The notes: a model not told the origin generated them from the letters alone. A DNA stretch of 64,000 nucleotides from Planctomycetota bacterium (GCA_038203025.1 JBBREK010000001.1:6165-70164); one strand, 5' to 3'; counted from the first letter of the stretch, positions 44,016 through 55,000 are shown. Numbers and translations: made by a program.

Positions 44016-47000
44016 TCAAGGCCCCGGCGGGGGGCCTGGGGGGCTTGGCCCCCCAATCCGATAGCCCGTTACGGCGCCCGTCTGATCCGCAATCACGACC
44101 ACCCCCGGCAGCAGCAGCGGCGGGGTGATGGCTGGGGCGCCATGGGCGATGCGACGCACAGTCTGGCCGTCAGCGAGGCGGATGACGGTGATGCCACCGG
44201 TGTCGTCGGCGATGGCCACCAGGCCGCCACCGAGGCCGACCTGCAGCGGCTTGCCTAGGATTTTGCTCCGCCAGCGCGGCTTCACCGGGTCAGTTGCCCA
44301 GGTGGCGATGTCGACGGCGCGGTCGGCACGGGCCAGGACCACGGTGTCGCCACTAGCGGCAGGTACGGCTGGACCGGCCTCGGTCAGCCAGGGGTGCGGC
44401 TGCAGGACGGCGCCGGATTTGCCCAACTGGATCAGATCGACGCCGGCGACGGTGGCGACCAGCAACCGTCCACCTGGCAGTTCGGCCCAGGGGCCGGTGC
44501 GCGCTGCCTTCAGCGACAGGCGTTCGGATTCGCTGCCGTCCTCCTCAATCACGCGCACGGTCAGGTCGTCGATGACGACCAGTTTGTCGTCGCTGCGGCG
44601 CAGCAGCGGCTGGGCGGTGCCGGCGACGCCGGGCAGCCGCCAGATTTCGCGGGCGCCATCACGGGCGATGACCGCGCGGCCACCGGGGGCGTCCTCGATC
44701 GATACGGTGAGGCGTCCACCGGCTCGGTAGACCAGTTCGATGTCGAGCAGGGCGAGCGGCGCGCCGGCCAGGCGACGCACTGGCACGGCACGGTCGAGCG
44801 TGGGCAGGATCTGGCGCTGTTCGCCGTCGGTGGTGGCGAAGGTCCAGCCGCCTTCGACCGCGAGCCACCATGGGACCAGGGTCGTACCCGGCAGGGTCAG
44901 CGGCCGGATCGCCCCCGAGGCGGTGTCGATGGCGGTGGCGCCGTCGGCAGACAGCACCACCACCGCGGACGCGGCCGGGTGCAGACGGATCCACGCCGGT
45001 CGCGTCGCCGGGGCCGGCAGGCGCCACACCGGGGCGGGGCCGAGCGTCACGTCGAGCACGCGCTCGGCGGGATCGCTGGCCGCGGTCACGACGATGCGGC
45101 GGGTGGCGTAGCCCGGGGTGCCGACCTCAAGCTGGATATCTGCCGTCGCCGAACGGCAGAACCGCCCATCCTTCCCCACCAGCTCGACGTCGTTGGCCAC
45201 CAGGCGCATGGTCGGCAGCGCCGTGCCGGTGTCGGCGTCGGTGGCGCGCACCCGTCCCGGCAGGGGCAGCCCGGCGATCAGGCTGCTGGTACGTGGATGG
45301 TCGGCGGAGAAGCGCGCCGCCAGGTCGAGGGCATCTCCGTGACGGCCCTGTCCGCGCGCGGTGTCGATGGCCGAGCGCGCGGTGGCGGCCTGCGCCAGCC
45401 GGCTCTGGGCATCGGCAAGAATCGCCGCCGCCTGTGCATCGGCAACCAGCGGCCTGGCCGCGGCTACGACCTGGTCGAGGGGTGTGGCGGCATCGGCGGC
45501 CAGCCGGGACAGCTCGGCGAGAGCGGTGGGGCTGGCGGTGGATTGGGTCTTGGTTGGCGGTGGCCTGGAACTGCGCGGCGGCGCGGGCTCATCGGCTTGA
45601 CGTTCTGCCGAAGCTGCAGCGGCTGCAGCGGCGGGCACCTCGTAGCCGCGCCGGAACAGTATCCGGTACCACATCCAGCCGCCCTGATTGGCGGCGGCGA
45701 ACTCGCGCAGCCGGTGGCTGCGATCGGCCGGGTCGGCGAGGCTCTCCAGGCGGGTGCGTTCGCGTTCGGCTAGCAGGTTGTGGACCACCGGTGGCCAGAT
45801 CCACAGGTTGACGCCAAGCAACGCGGCGCTGATCGCGCCGATGAGCAGGCCGCGCAGCCGCCGCCGCGAGCGGGCCCGGTGCGCCGCATCCTGGGCCAGG
45901 TTGGCGAGCCGACGGCTCTCGCCGGTATCGCGAGCCAGTTGCGAGGCGCGCTTCCACTCGCCGGCGGCGACCTCCCAGCTGCCCGAGGCGGCGAGGCGTT
46001 CGGCGCCGGCGGCGATCGCCGCCACCTCGGCCTTCAGACCACGTTCGCGGGCGCGATCGATGGCGCCGGCTGACAGCGCGCTGGAGCTGGTGCCGCCCTT
46101 GCGCTCGCCGGGCAATGGTGTGGCCATGCCGGGGAAGGGGGTGGCGAGGGTCGGCGGAGGCACCACCTGCGAACCGCTGGCGGTCGACAGCGGTGTGCGC
46201 GGACTGCGCGACCCGATGGCTGGGGCCTGGGCGGTGCGCGACCCGATGGCCGGGGCTGGTCCGGTCCGCGATCCGATGGCTGGGGCCGGTCCGGTGCGTG
46301 ACCCGACGGCGGGGGTGGGGCCGGCGTGCGGCGGCGACACTACTACGGCATCGATCGGGCGCAGCCAGTCGGGGATGACCGGTGGTGCGCCCGGGTCCGG
46401 CGAGGCGGTGGGCGCCGGCACGGTGCGCTGCCGTCCAGATGGCTTGGCCCCGGGGATGGGGGCGCCGGCGCCGCTGGGCAGGTCCGAGGTCGGGGCGGCG
46501 CGCTTGCCCGAGCTGCCCTGGCCGGTGGCATGCTGCACCAGGGCGCGGATCGGACCGTTGGTCTTGCGCAGCACCGAGGCGGTGCCGGTGAGCGCCACAA
46601 GCAGCTTCTCGGCATCATCGATCAACTCGCGCAGTTCGAAGCAGCGGTCGTCGGGTTTCTTCGCCATCATCCGGCGGACCAGCGACTCGACCCGCGGGTC
46701 GAGGTCGGCGCGGTATGTGCGCAGGCTCGGCACCGGATCGACCTTGTGCTTGAGCATGATGCTGAACGGGGTTTCGCCGTCGAACGGCAGGTGCCCGGTG
46801 AGCATGAGGAACGCGGTGCAGCCGAGGTTGTAGACGTCGCTGCGCGTGTCGACCTCGACGCCGTCGCACTGCTCTGGGCTCATGAACGCCGGGGTGCCGA
46901 CGCGCACCCCGACCGAGGTCACCTCGGAGTCGCCGGCGCTGCCCTTGGCCAAGCCGAAGTCCGAGACCTTGCAAAGACCGCTGATCGCGACCATCAGGTT

Positions 47001-47885
47001 GTCGGGCTTGATGTCGCGATGGATCACGCCCTTCTCGGTCGCCTGTTCGAGGCCGAGCAGAGCCTGGCGGAGGATGTCGAGGGTCTCGATCTGCGACAGC
47101 GTCGGCTGGCGCCGCAGCACCTCGCCGAGGTCCCAGCCGTCGACGTACTCGATCACCATGAAGTAGACGCCGAGCTGGGGATCGTCACCGAAATCGTAGA
47201 TCTGCAGGATGTTGGCGTGATTGATGCGCGCCAGGCTCTTGGCCTCGCGCTCGAAGCGCTGGATGAAGTTGCGATTGCGCGCCAGCTCGGGCGGCAGGAC
47301 CTTGATTGCGACGCTGCGGTCGAGCGACAGCTGGCGGGCGTGGTAGACCGCGCCCATGCCGCCCTCGCCGAGTTTGCGGTCGATCTGGCAGCCGCGCAGG
47401 ACGCGGCCGATCAGGCGGTCGCCGCCGCCCGCGCCGCCAGGGGTCAGGCGGCCAGTGGAGCGTTGGAAGCTGGTGCCGCAGGCCGGGCAGTTCTGCTCGT
47501 CGGCGCCGGGCGACCCGACGAAGCCGTGTCCGCACACCGGGCAGCTGGCCTTCTCGCCATGCAGGTTGTCGGTCGACGGGCGGAAGGCGAGTTCGCTGAC
47601 CGGCAGGGGGCTGCGCCCGTCGCGGGCCGATTCCTGTTCCAGCCGGTCGAAGGGCAGGTTGCCGGGCGTGGACGACCTCGCCGCCGGCTTCGGCCTGGGC
47701 GGGGCGCGCCGCTGGGTCAGCGGAGCGGGCGGCACGGCGCCGTCCTCGACCGGCAGGTATTCATCGCTGCTCTGCCCTGGCATCCAGTGGTGGTTGCAGC
47801 TTTCGCAGATGACCGTTGTGCCGGCCTCGATCGGCCCGGGATGGGCCGACCGGCAACGTGGGCAACGATGGACGGAGACGGTCAT
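44016..47885 (-). CDS. Large Ser/Thr protein kinase of 1289 aa. It has N-terminal zinc ribbons, a kinase domain, Pro-rich decapeptide repeats, a transmembrane helix and a C-terminal beta-propeller-like extracytoplasmic region.
   Basis: Two CxxC..CxxC ribbons. Kinase motifs GEGGMGAVYHA, HRDIKPDNLMV, DFGLAKG and SPEQ. (GPAPAIGSRT)x4 repeats. The C-terminus has periodic repeats like VVIADQTGAVTGYRI. Confidence 0.75.
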   Translation of the reverse strand: MTVSVHRCPRCRSAHPGPIEAGTTVICESCNHHWMPGQSSDEYLPVEDGAVPPAPLTQRRAPPRPKPAARSSTPGNLPFDRLEQESARDGRSPLPVSELAFRPSTDNLHGEKASCPVCGHGFVGSPGADEQNCPACGTSFQRSTGRLTPGGAGGGDRLIGRVLRGCQIDRKLGEGGMGAVYHARQLSLDRSVAIKVLPPELARNRNFIQRFEREAKSLARINHANILQIYDFGDDPQLGVYFMVIEYVDGWDLGEVLRRQPTLSQIETLDILRQALLGLEQATEKGVIHRDIKPDNLMVAISGLCKVSDFGLAKGSAGDSEVTSVGVRVGTPAFMSPEQCDGVEVDTRSDVYNLGCTAFLMLTGHLPFDGETPFSIMLKHKVDPVPSLRTYRADLDPRVESLVRRMMAKKPDDRCFELRELIDDAEKLLVALTGTASVLRKTNGPIRALVQHATGQGSSGKRAAPTSDLPSGAGAPIPGAKPSGRQRTVPAPTASPDPGAPPVIPDWLRPIDAVVVSPPHAGPTPAVGSRTGPAPAIGSRTGPAPAIGSRTAQAPAIGSRSPRTPLSTASGSQVVPPPTLATPFPGMATPLPGERKGGTSSSALSAGAIDRARERGLKAEVAAIAAGAERLAASGSWEVAAGEWKRASQLARDTGESRRLANLAQDAAHRARSRRRLRGLLIGAISAALLGVNLWIWPPVVHNLLAERERTRLESLADPADRSHRLREFAAANQGGWMWYRILFRRGYEVPAAAAAAASAERQADEPAPPRSSRPPPTKTQSTASPTALAELSRLAADAATPLDQVVAAARPLVADAQAAAILADAQSRLAQAATARSAIDTARGQGRHGDALDLAARFSADHPRTSSLIAGLPLPGRVRATDADTGTALPTMRLVANDVELVGKDGRFCRSATADIQLEVGTPGYATRRIVVTAASDPAERVLDVTLGPAPVWRLPAPATRPAWIRLHPAASAVVVLSADGATAIDTASGAIRPLTLPGTTLVPWWLAVEGGWTFATTDGEQRQILPTLDRAVPVRRLAGAPLALLDIELVYRAGGRLTVSIEDAPGGRAVIARDGAREIWRLPGVAGTAQPLLRRSDDKLVVIDDLTVRVIEEDGSESERLSLKAARTGPWAELPGGRLLVATVAGVDLIQLGKSGAVLQPHPWLTEAGPAVPAASGDTVVLARADRAVDIATWATDPVKPRWRSKILGKPLQVGLGGGLVAIADDTGGITVIRLADGQTVRRIAHGAPAITPPLLLPGVVVIADQTGAVTGYRIGGPSPPGPPPGP
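46206..46325. repeat. Four tandem ~30-bp repeats inside the kinase gene, coding the decapeptide repeats GPAPAIGSRT.
   Basis: gcgcgacccgatggctggggcctgggcggt appears four times with drift. Confidence 0.7.
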
Positions 47886-49990
47886 GGGCTGCCCCCCGTC
47901 TCTGGCGTGGATACGGGGATGGAGACGGGCACGGTGTCGGGCTTCGTTGCGTCGTCGTCCACGGGAGCGGTTGGCGCGGTGATCGGCAGGGCCGGCTGCT
48001 CGCCCGGGGCGGTTGGCGTCACCAGGGCGACTCGGGTTGCGGTCCGTCCAAACCAGCCCTGGCGCACGGCCACTACGGCAAGCACGGCGGCAGCGATGAC
48101 CAGCAGGCCGAGGATGATCTGCCAGGCCCGCCGGCGCCAGGCGAGGCGCTGGCGGAGGCTGGCGATGTCGCGTTCCAGTTGCACGTCGCTGACCGACGAA
48201 CTGGTGGTCGACGCGGCACTGTCGCGATGCATCTCGCGGCCTTGTTCCAGCAGGGTCAGCGCCCCACGCAGGTCGCCGCGGCCGACCGCGGCGCTGGATT
48301 TGCCGCGCAGTTCAGCGATGCGCGCATCATGCTCCTGCTTGCGCGCCTCGCGCTCCTTGCTGCGCAGCACCGAGCGGGCGCGCTTGTCCTGCTCGCGGTC
48401 GGCCAGGCGTGCCCACAGCACCGCCGCCTCGCCGTAGCGGCGGGTCTCGAACAGGCGCTGCGCCTCGATCTCCTGCTGCTGCATGGTGGCAGCGTCATTG
48501 CCCTCACGCAGGACGTGGCCGCAGCGGCCGCACACCGAAGCGTCCTGCCGATTGAGGTTGCCGCACATCGGGCAGGTCTGGGAGTCAGGGGCGCGCCGCG
48601 GTGCGCGATCCTGGCGGTCCGAACCGGCACCATGGCGCTCTGAGCCATGCCCACGCACCGATTCGGTGCCGGGGGCCGAGCGGCCGCTCAACCCGGTCCG
48701 CGACTGGGGCGGAGCATCGGCTGGTGTCGGCGCCACCGTGACGGGGGCGACGGCCTGCGGTTCGGCAGGCGGCGGCGACTGCACTGGCGGCGGCAGCGGC
48801 ACCAGCGCTGGCAGGTCGATGGTGGGGCGTGGCCGGTTCTCGGGATCGCCGCGGCCGAACACGCCCATCTGCACGCCGACGTCGATCCACGCCTGGCGGC
48901 AGGCCTCGGCGTCCGCGTAGCGGTCCTCGGCCTTTTTGGCCAGCATGCGCATGACCACGGCCGAGAGTGTCGGCGGGATGCCCGGCACCACCTCGTGCGG
49001 TTGCGGCGGCGTGTGTTCGCGCTGCTTGGTCATCACCTCGAAGGAGGAGTTGCCGATGAACGGCTTCTGCCCGGTCAGGGCGAACCACGCCGTCACGCCG
49101 AAGGCGTAGAGGTCGGAACGCACGTCCAGCTTCTGCCCCATGCACTGTTCGGGACTCATGTAGGCCGGCGTGCCCATGGCCAGACCGACCGCGGTGAGGT
49201 CGGTGTTGTCATCCTTGCGCGAGACATCCTTGGCCAGGCCGAAGTCGGCGATCTTGGCGACGTTGTCCTTGGTGATGAGGATGTTGTCCGGCTTGATGTC
49301 GCGGTGGACGATGCCTTGCGAGCCGACGTGGCTGAGGCCGGCCAGGCACTGCACGATCAGGGGCACCACCTCAGCGGCCGGTAGGATCAGCCGGTCGGAG
49401 ATCAGCTTGGCCAGCGAGTTGCCGTCGACGAACTCATTGACCATGAAGCGCAGGCCGTCGATCTGGCCGAAGTCGTACACCCCGACGATGTTGGGATGGG
49501 TGATGCGGGCGATCGCCTTGGCTTCGCGCTCGAAGCGCTTGATGAACTCATCGTTGTCGTACAGCGCCTTGGACAGGATCTTGATCGCGACCACGCGGTC
49601 GAGGCTGACCTGGCGGGCCTTGTAGACCTCGCCCATGCCACCCTGGCCGATCTTAGCCACCAGTTCGTAGCCGCCGAACATGCGCCCGGCCGCCAGCCGG
49701 GTGGACGGCTGCTCGCTCGGTGCTTCCGGCGGCGGGGCGGGGACGGCCGGCGCCGGTTCCGGGGCTGGGGGTGGGCCGTCCGGCATGCTGACTGCTGCAG
49801 ACAGGTCGGGGCCGCCCTGGGCGAACTCGACGTCGACATCACTGGTAGTCGGCTGACCCGGAGGGGTCAAGCCATGCACCTCGGGTAGCGTCAGGCGCGA
49901 GCCGGGCTGGTCCTTCCCCGCGTCCAGCCCGGTAACGTCGGGCAGGCTGGGCAGGGGCGGCGCAGGATCAGATTCGTTGTCAGCTGCCAT
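47882..49990 (-). CDS. Ser/Thr protein kinase with a C-terminal zinc ribbon, coiled coil and transmembrane anchor. It is translationally coupled (ATGA) to the downstream kinase.
   Basis: Kinase motifs GQGGMGEVYKA, HRDIKPDNILI, DFGLAKD and SPEQ, then CPMCGN...CGRCGH, then a hydrophobic helix. The start is uncertain: ATG at 49990, or the alternative start at 50038 given by the ORF track. Confidence 0.75.
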   Translation of the reverse strand: MAADNESDPAPPLPSLPDVTGLDAGKDQPGSRLTLPEVHGLTPPGQPTTSDVDVEFAQGGPDLSAAVSMPDGPPPAPEPAPAVPAPPPEAPSEQPSTRLAAGRMFGGYELVAKIGQGGMGEVYKARQVSLDRVVAIKILSKALYDNDEFIKRFEREAKAIARITHPNIVGVYDFGQIDGLRFMVNEFVDGNSLAKLISDRLILPAAEVVPLIVQCLAGLSHVGSQGIVHRDIKPDNILITKDNVAKIADFGLAKDVSRKDDNTDLTAVGLAMGTPAYMSPEQCMGQKLDVRSDLYAFGVTAWFALTGQKPFIGNSSFEVMTKQREHTPPQPHEVVPGIPPTLSAVVMRMLAKKAEDRYADAEACRQAWIDVGVQMGVFGRGDPENRPRPTIDLPALVPLPPPVQSPPPAEPQAVAPVTVAPTPADAPPQSRTGLSGRSAPGTESVRGHGSERHGAGSDRQDRAPRRAPDSQTCPMCGNLNRQDASVCGRCGHVLREGNDAATMQQQEIEAQRLFETRRYGEAAVLWARLADREQDKRARSVLRSKEREARKQEHDARIAELRGKSSAAVGRGDLRGALTLLEQGREMHRDSAASTTSSSVSDVQLERDIASLRQRLAWRRRAWQIILGLLVIAAAVLAVVAVRQGWFGRTATRVALVTPTAPGEQPALPITAPTAPVDDDATKPDTVPVSIPVSTPETGGSP

Positions 49991-50247
49991 GCAGGACCGG
50001 TCGTTCCCTGTTGTAGGCTCCGTCACCGGCCTGCACAAGCCCGCGGGGTGAGCCGCCCGGGAGGTGGGTTGGACGCAAGGGGATGCTGGCTGGTTGCTTG
50101 GACACGGCCTCGTTTATGGGTTTGTTTAGGCCCACCGGCCTGGAATGCGGATTCCGGCCGATCGGGATCCGACCTAGGCCAACCCGCCTGCCACACCTTC
50201 TGCGTCCTTCTGTTGCAGACCTGGCCTTCTGATATGGACTCCTGCGC

Positions 50248-51141
50248 GTGCCAGCGCTCATCGATCTCGTCGGCAATACGCCGCTCATGGACCTCTCCCC
50301 GTTCGCCGGTCGGCCTGGCGTCCGCCTGCTCGCCAAGTGCGAGGGCAACAATCCGGCCTCGTCGGTGAAGGACCGGGCCGCCAAGGGCATGATCCTCGGC
50401 GCCCAGGCGCGTGGCGAGTTGCGCCGCGGTATGCGCCTGGTCGAGGCGACCAGCGGCAACACCGGCATCGCCCTGGCGATGATCGCGCGCTCGCTGGGCA
50501 TCGAGATGCATCTGGTCATGCCCGATACGCTGACCATCGAGCGCACCCAGACCATGCGCGCCTTTGGCGCCACCGTCCATCTTCTCGACGGCGGCATGGA
50601 GGCGGCACGTGACCGCGCCCTGGCGATGGTCGCCGAGACGGCTGGCCGGCCCGACGCCTTCCTCATGCTCAACCAGTTCGACAATCCGGATAACGCCAAA
50701 GCACACGAAGAGACCACCGGCCCGGAGATCTGGCGTGACACCGCCGGCGAGGTGACGCACTTCGTTTCGGCGATGGGCACCACCGGCACGATCATGGGCG
50801 TGTCCAGGGCGCTGAAGGCGCGCAGCCCAGCGGTGCGCATCGTCGGCTGCCAGCCGGCCGAGGGCAGCCAGATCCCCGGCATCCGCCGCTGGCCCGCGGC
50901 GTATCTGCCGAAGATCTTCGACCGTTCGCGGGTCGACCAGGTGGTCGACGTGCAGGCGCGCGACGCCGAGGATACCGCCCGCCGCCTGGCCCGCGAGGCG
51001 GGCCTGTTCACCGGCCCGTCGGCCGGCGGCGCCTGCTGGGCGGCGCTGCAGCTCGCGCAGCGGCTGGACCAGGGCTGCATCGTCTTCATCGCCTGCGACC
51101 GCGGCGACCGCTACCTCAGTAGCGACTTGTTCCGCGCCTAG
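50248..51141 (+). CDS. cysK: Cysteine synthase (O-acetylserine sulfhydrylase, PLP fold type II).
   Basis: Has NPASSVKDRAA (PLP-Lys), GNTGIALA and GTTGT motifs. The start is a GTG. Confidence 0.8.
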   Translation: MPALIDLVGNTPLMDLSPFAGRPGVRLLAKCEGNNPASSVKDRAAKGMILGAQARGELRRGMRLVEATSGNTGIALAMIARSLGIEMHLVMPDTLTIERTQTMRAFGATVHLLDGGMEAARDRALAMVAETAGRPDAFLMLNQFDNPDNAKAHEETTGPEIWRDTAGEVTHFVSAMGTTGTIMGVSRALKARSPAVRIVGCQPAEGSQIPGIRRWPAAYLPKIFDRSRVDQVVDVQARDAEDTARRLAREAGLFTGPSAGGACWAALQLAQRLDQGCIVFIACDRGDRYLSSDLFRA

Positions 51142-52058
51142 CCGGCGCGCAGGGCGCGCAGCTGCAGCGGGCAGCGGCCGAAGTGCCGGCGCACCACCCG
51201 CGAGAAGTGTAGCGCATCGGCGTAGCCGCAGCGCAGCGCCGCCACCGCCACCGGCAGGGCGGTGGCGGTAAGCAGCTGGTGCGCCTCGCCCATGCGCCGG
51301 TCGAGGGCGTAGGCCGACGGGGTACGGCCGATGGCGGCGGTGAAGCAGGCGTGGAGATGCGTCGGCGAGCGGCCGGCCGCGCGGGCGGTCTCGGCCAGCG
51401 ATGGCATACGCAGGTAGTGGCGGTCGAGGAAGGCGAGGGCGGCGGCCACCGGGCTGTCGTGTGGCGGCGGGGCCAGACCAGGCCCGGCGGCGTCGTGCAT
51501 CGCCGCGACTACGCCGAGCAGCGCTCCTTCGAGGGCCAGCGCCGCCGTCGGTTGCGTCGCCAGTCCTGCCGTACCGCAGCGGCAGGCGCGGTGCAGGGCC
51601 TGGCTCCATGGGGCCGCCTCGGCGGGCGCGAACTCGAGCACACGGTTGAGGCGGCCGAGGTGCAGGTCGTCGGTGAACGAACCGAGGTTGAAGTCGGCGT
51701 GCAGGTGGACGAAGCCGGTGGTGCGCCGCTGCACCTGGCGATGTCCGGGAATGGCGTAGAGCCGGCCCGGCCGCAAATGCTGCCAGCGGCCATCGACGGC
51801 GATCGACGCCTCGCCGGCGAGGATCTCGTAGAAGCTGTGTCCCAGGTTGCGGTATGGGCCCATCGTCGTCCATGTCGCCTGGGCCTCGTGGCGTCCCAGG
51901 CCGCGCACCAGCAAGGCCACAGTGGCGAGCGGCGCAGGGCGTCCATCGGCTGCGGTGACGGCCAGCATGACCAGATGATCATCCATGGCGTCAGGATGGA
52001 AGTGTATGTTCATATCGCTGAATTGCTGGATGATGTGGTCTGGACATCTGGAGATCAT
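51138..52058 (-). CDS. AraC-family transcriptional regulator, divergent from the large GH gene. Its stop overlaps the cysK stop.
   Basis: C-terminal helix-turn-helix pair (LAETARAAGRSPTHLHACFTAAIGRTPSAYALDRRMGEAHQLL...FSRVVRRHFGRCP). Confidence 0.7.
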   Translation of the reverse strand: MISRCPDHIIQQFSDMNIHFHPDAMDDHLVMLAVTAADGRPAPLATVALLVRGLGRHEAQATWTTMGPYRNLGHSFYEILAGEASIAVDGRWQHLRPGRLYAIPGHRQVQRRTTGFVHLHADFNLGSFTDDLHLGRLNRVLEFAPAEAAPWSQALHRACRCGTAGLATQPTAALALEGALLGVVAAMHDAAGPGLAPPPHDSPVAAALAFLDRHYLRMPSLAETARAAGRSPTHLHACFTAAIGRTPSAYALDRRMGEAHQLLTATALPVAVAALRCGYADALHFSRVVRRHFGRCPLQLRALRAG

Positions 52059-52060
52059 CC

Positions 52061-55000
52061 ATGCCAGTCGTCGACCCCGTTGACCCCGCCGATTTTCGCA
52101 CGCCCCCGCCCGGCTACGGCGAGGTGCCGTTCTGGTGGTGGAACGGCGACCATCTCGATCCGGCGCGGCTGCGCTGGCAGCTCGACCGCCTGGCTGGCTG
52201 CGGCGTGTCGGGCGTGCAGATCAACTACGCGCACGCCCCGCATGGCGGTGGCGGCTACGGCCTGACCTACCCCAGCGATCCGCCGCTGTTCTCCGAGGCC
52301 TGGTGGCGGGTGTGGGACGACACCGTCGAGGCCTGCCGCGAGCGCGGCCTGCGCATCGGCCTCAGCGATTACACCCTGGCCTGGCCCGGCAACGGCCAGT
52401 GGGTCGATCGCATCGCCGCCGATCCGGCCTTCCGTGGCGCCGTGCTGCGCCATCGCCTCGCGACGGTCGCCGACGGGGCGGTGTTCGTCGACGAGTTGCC
52501 GTACGATCCGCTATGTGTGCGCGCCTATCCGCTACACGGTGCCGTGGCCGACGGCGCCGCTGGCCGCGATCTCGGTGCCTCCCGCAGCCAACGATGGACC
52601 AGTCCGCCCGGCGCCTGGCTGGTGGTCGCGCTGTGGCCCGAGCCGGTTGCGCAGTCGCTCGATCCGCTGCATCCGCAGCTCGGGCGACGGGTGGTCGAGG
52701 AACACTTCCAGCGCTTCGTCGACCGCCTGCCGCCAGCCTCGGCCGGCGCTCTCGACTACTTCTTCCAGGACGAGTTGATGTTCGGCCTCGGCAACGGCAG
52801 ACCGTGGTCGTCGCATCTGCCGGCGGCCTTCCGCGCGCGGAATGGCTACGACCTCATCCCCGAACTGCCGGCGCTGGTCGCCGACCTCGGCCAGCACAGC
52901 GCCAAGGTGCGTCTCGACTGCGCCGACGCCGCAGCGCAGCTGATGGAGGATGGCTACTTCCGTCCCATCCATGCCTGGCACGCACAGCGCGGCATGACCT
53001 ACGGCTGCGACCAGCTTGGTCGCGGCACCCAGCCGCAGCGCTACGGCGGCTACATGCGTGCGATTCGCTGGTTCAGCGCCCCCGGCCACGATACGCCGGG
53101 GGTCGGCGCCGATCTGGTCAAGGGCAAGGTGTCGAGCTCGATCGCCCACCTCAACCGTCGGCCGCGCGTCTGGCTGGAGGGTTACCACAGCGCCGGCTGG
53201 GGCATGGAGCCGGCCCGCATCCTTGATGCGACGGTGCGCAACTTCGCCTACGGCTGCTCGCTGCTCAGCCTGCACGGCCTGTACTACAGCACGCATGGCA
53301 GCCACTGGGAGTGGGCGCCGCCGTGCTACCACTTCCGCATGCCCTATTGGCGCGACTTCGCCGACGGTCTGCGCGGCGTCGAACGGCTGAGCTGGCTGCT
53401 GACCCGCGGCGTGCACCGCTGCGACGTCGCCGTGCTTTACCCGGTCGCGGCCCTCGACAGCGGCCTGGCCGACAGCCCCGAGCCCGCCTTCGCCGCCATC
53501 CGCCACTTGGTCGAGCAGGGTTGCGACGCCGACTTCATCGATGACGGGGCGCTGGCCGAGGCGCAGGTCGTTGACGGAGTGCTGGCGGCGGCCGACGAGC
53601 GCTTCCGCGTCCTTGTCCTGGCCGACGCCGTGGCCATGCGTCACGCCGCGCTGGAGCGCGCCGCTGAATTTGCCCGGGCCGGCGGGCTGGTCGTGCTGCT
53701 CGGCCGTCCACCGCGGGCGAGCGAACGGCAGGGGGATGGCGATGCGGTGGTGGCGGCGCTGGCGGCGGAGATCGCCGGCCACGGCGTTCAAGCCGACAGT
53801 CCCGCCGCGGCGTTGGCGGCGATCAGCGCGCGCATCCCGCGCGACTGCGTGCCGGCGGCGTCGGCCCTGGTCCTGCACCGCGCCTGCGACGACCTCGACC
53901 TGTGGCTGCTGGTCGGGGCGCGGCCCGGCGCCGCGTTTGAGCTGCGCGCGGTCGGCGCGGTCGAGCTGTGGGATCCGTGGACCGGCGCCATCGCGCCGCT
54001 GGCTGACGCGGTCTGCGGCCCGCACACCACGAGCCTCCGCCTGCCACCGACCCCGGTGCCACACGACGCCTGGATCGTGGTGGTGCGGCATGGTCCGCCA
54101 CCGGTGGCGGAGGTCGCGCCGACGGCGCAGCCGGTGGTGGTCACCAGCACGTCGCTCGAAGGGCCCTGGGAGTTCCAGCTCGAACCGACCCTCGATAACC
54201 AGTGGGGCGACTTCCGCCTGCCAATCAGCGAGGCGATGATCGGCGCCGAGGCACGCCAGCTGGAGGTGCAGAAGGCGGACGGTTCGTGGCGTACCGCCAC
54301 TTGCGGCTTCGGGCCGCAGGCATGGCGACTCGAGGTGCCGGAGGGGGTCGATGCGGCCGCGGCGCTGAGCGCCGTGCTCGCCGCCGCCCACGTCGATCCG
54401 GCGCGATCCCTGGCGGTCGGCGGTCGTGACCTGCCGTGGGCGGCGCAGGAGTTCTCGTGGCGCTGGGGCGTCGAGGGCCAACCCGGCAGCCAGGGCTATC
54501 ACGGGCTCAAGGGCGTGCTCAGCGATGAGGTGCTGGCGCTCGGCGTGCGGGCGGCTGACCCGCCGGCCTACCTGTGGAGCGAGGCCGAGCTGCAGCCTGG
54601 CGGCATCCAGACACGGCTGCTGTGGACGACACTGCATGCACCCGGCGGCGCCGTCGCCCGCGTCCAGGTCGGCGGCCTGGTGCCGACTGGCATGTGGCTG
54701 GACGGCCGGCCGATCGCAGCCGGGGCGCGCGTGACGGTGGGTGACGGCGCCCGTCTGGTCCTGCGCTACGACGGCGTCGGGCGTAGCCATGTCGTGCTGC
54801 GTCGCGAGCTGGCTCCGGCTGCGCGTCGTCCGCTGGCGAGTTCGTGGTGGTGCGATGACGCCGTGCTGCCGTGGGCGGTGGAACCACATGGCGGGGAGAT
54901 GGTCTGCCGCTGCCTCGCCCCGCCCGGCCTCGTCGGCTTCACCCTGATGGCGCACGGCGTGGTGGCGGCGTCCGTCGCCGGCGTGCCGGTCCCGCTGACC

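Noticed and set aside
43564-44056. Minus-strand ORFs through the microsatellite that encode (KP)n or (GDWGLGI)n(TE)n peptides. One ends 10 bp before copA, which looked like a possible leader peptide.
   Set aside because: The periodic peptides are a direct consequence of translating hexamer and heptamer repeats. One ORF runs into the copA coding region in another frame. There is no start-site or ribosome-binding-site evidence.
46326-48437. A 703-aa plus-strand ORF across the two kinase genes. Other long antisense ORFs of the same kind include 2438..3367, 4588..6516, 8151..9059 and 17189..18151.
   Set aside because: All are antisense to genes with unambiguous catalytic motifs and show the high-GC junk composition (Arg/Gly/Pro/Ala runs).
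50100-50200. The GGAAT/ATTCC and CCGGCC repeats upstream of cysK, considered as a possible riboswitch or sRNA.
   Set aside because: There is no convincing conserved structure or known riboswitch core, and it cannot be supported from sequence alone.
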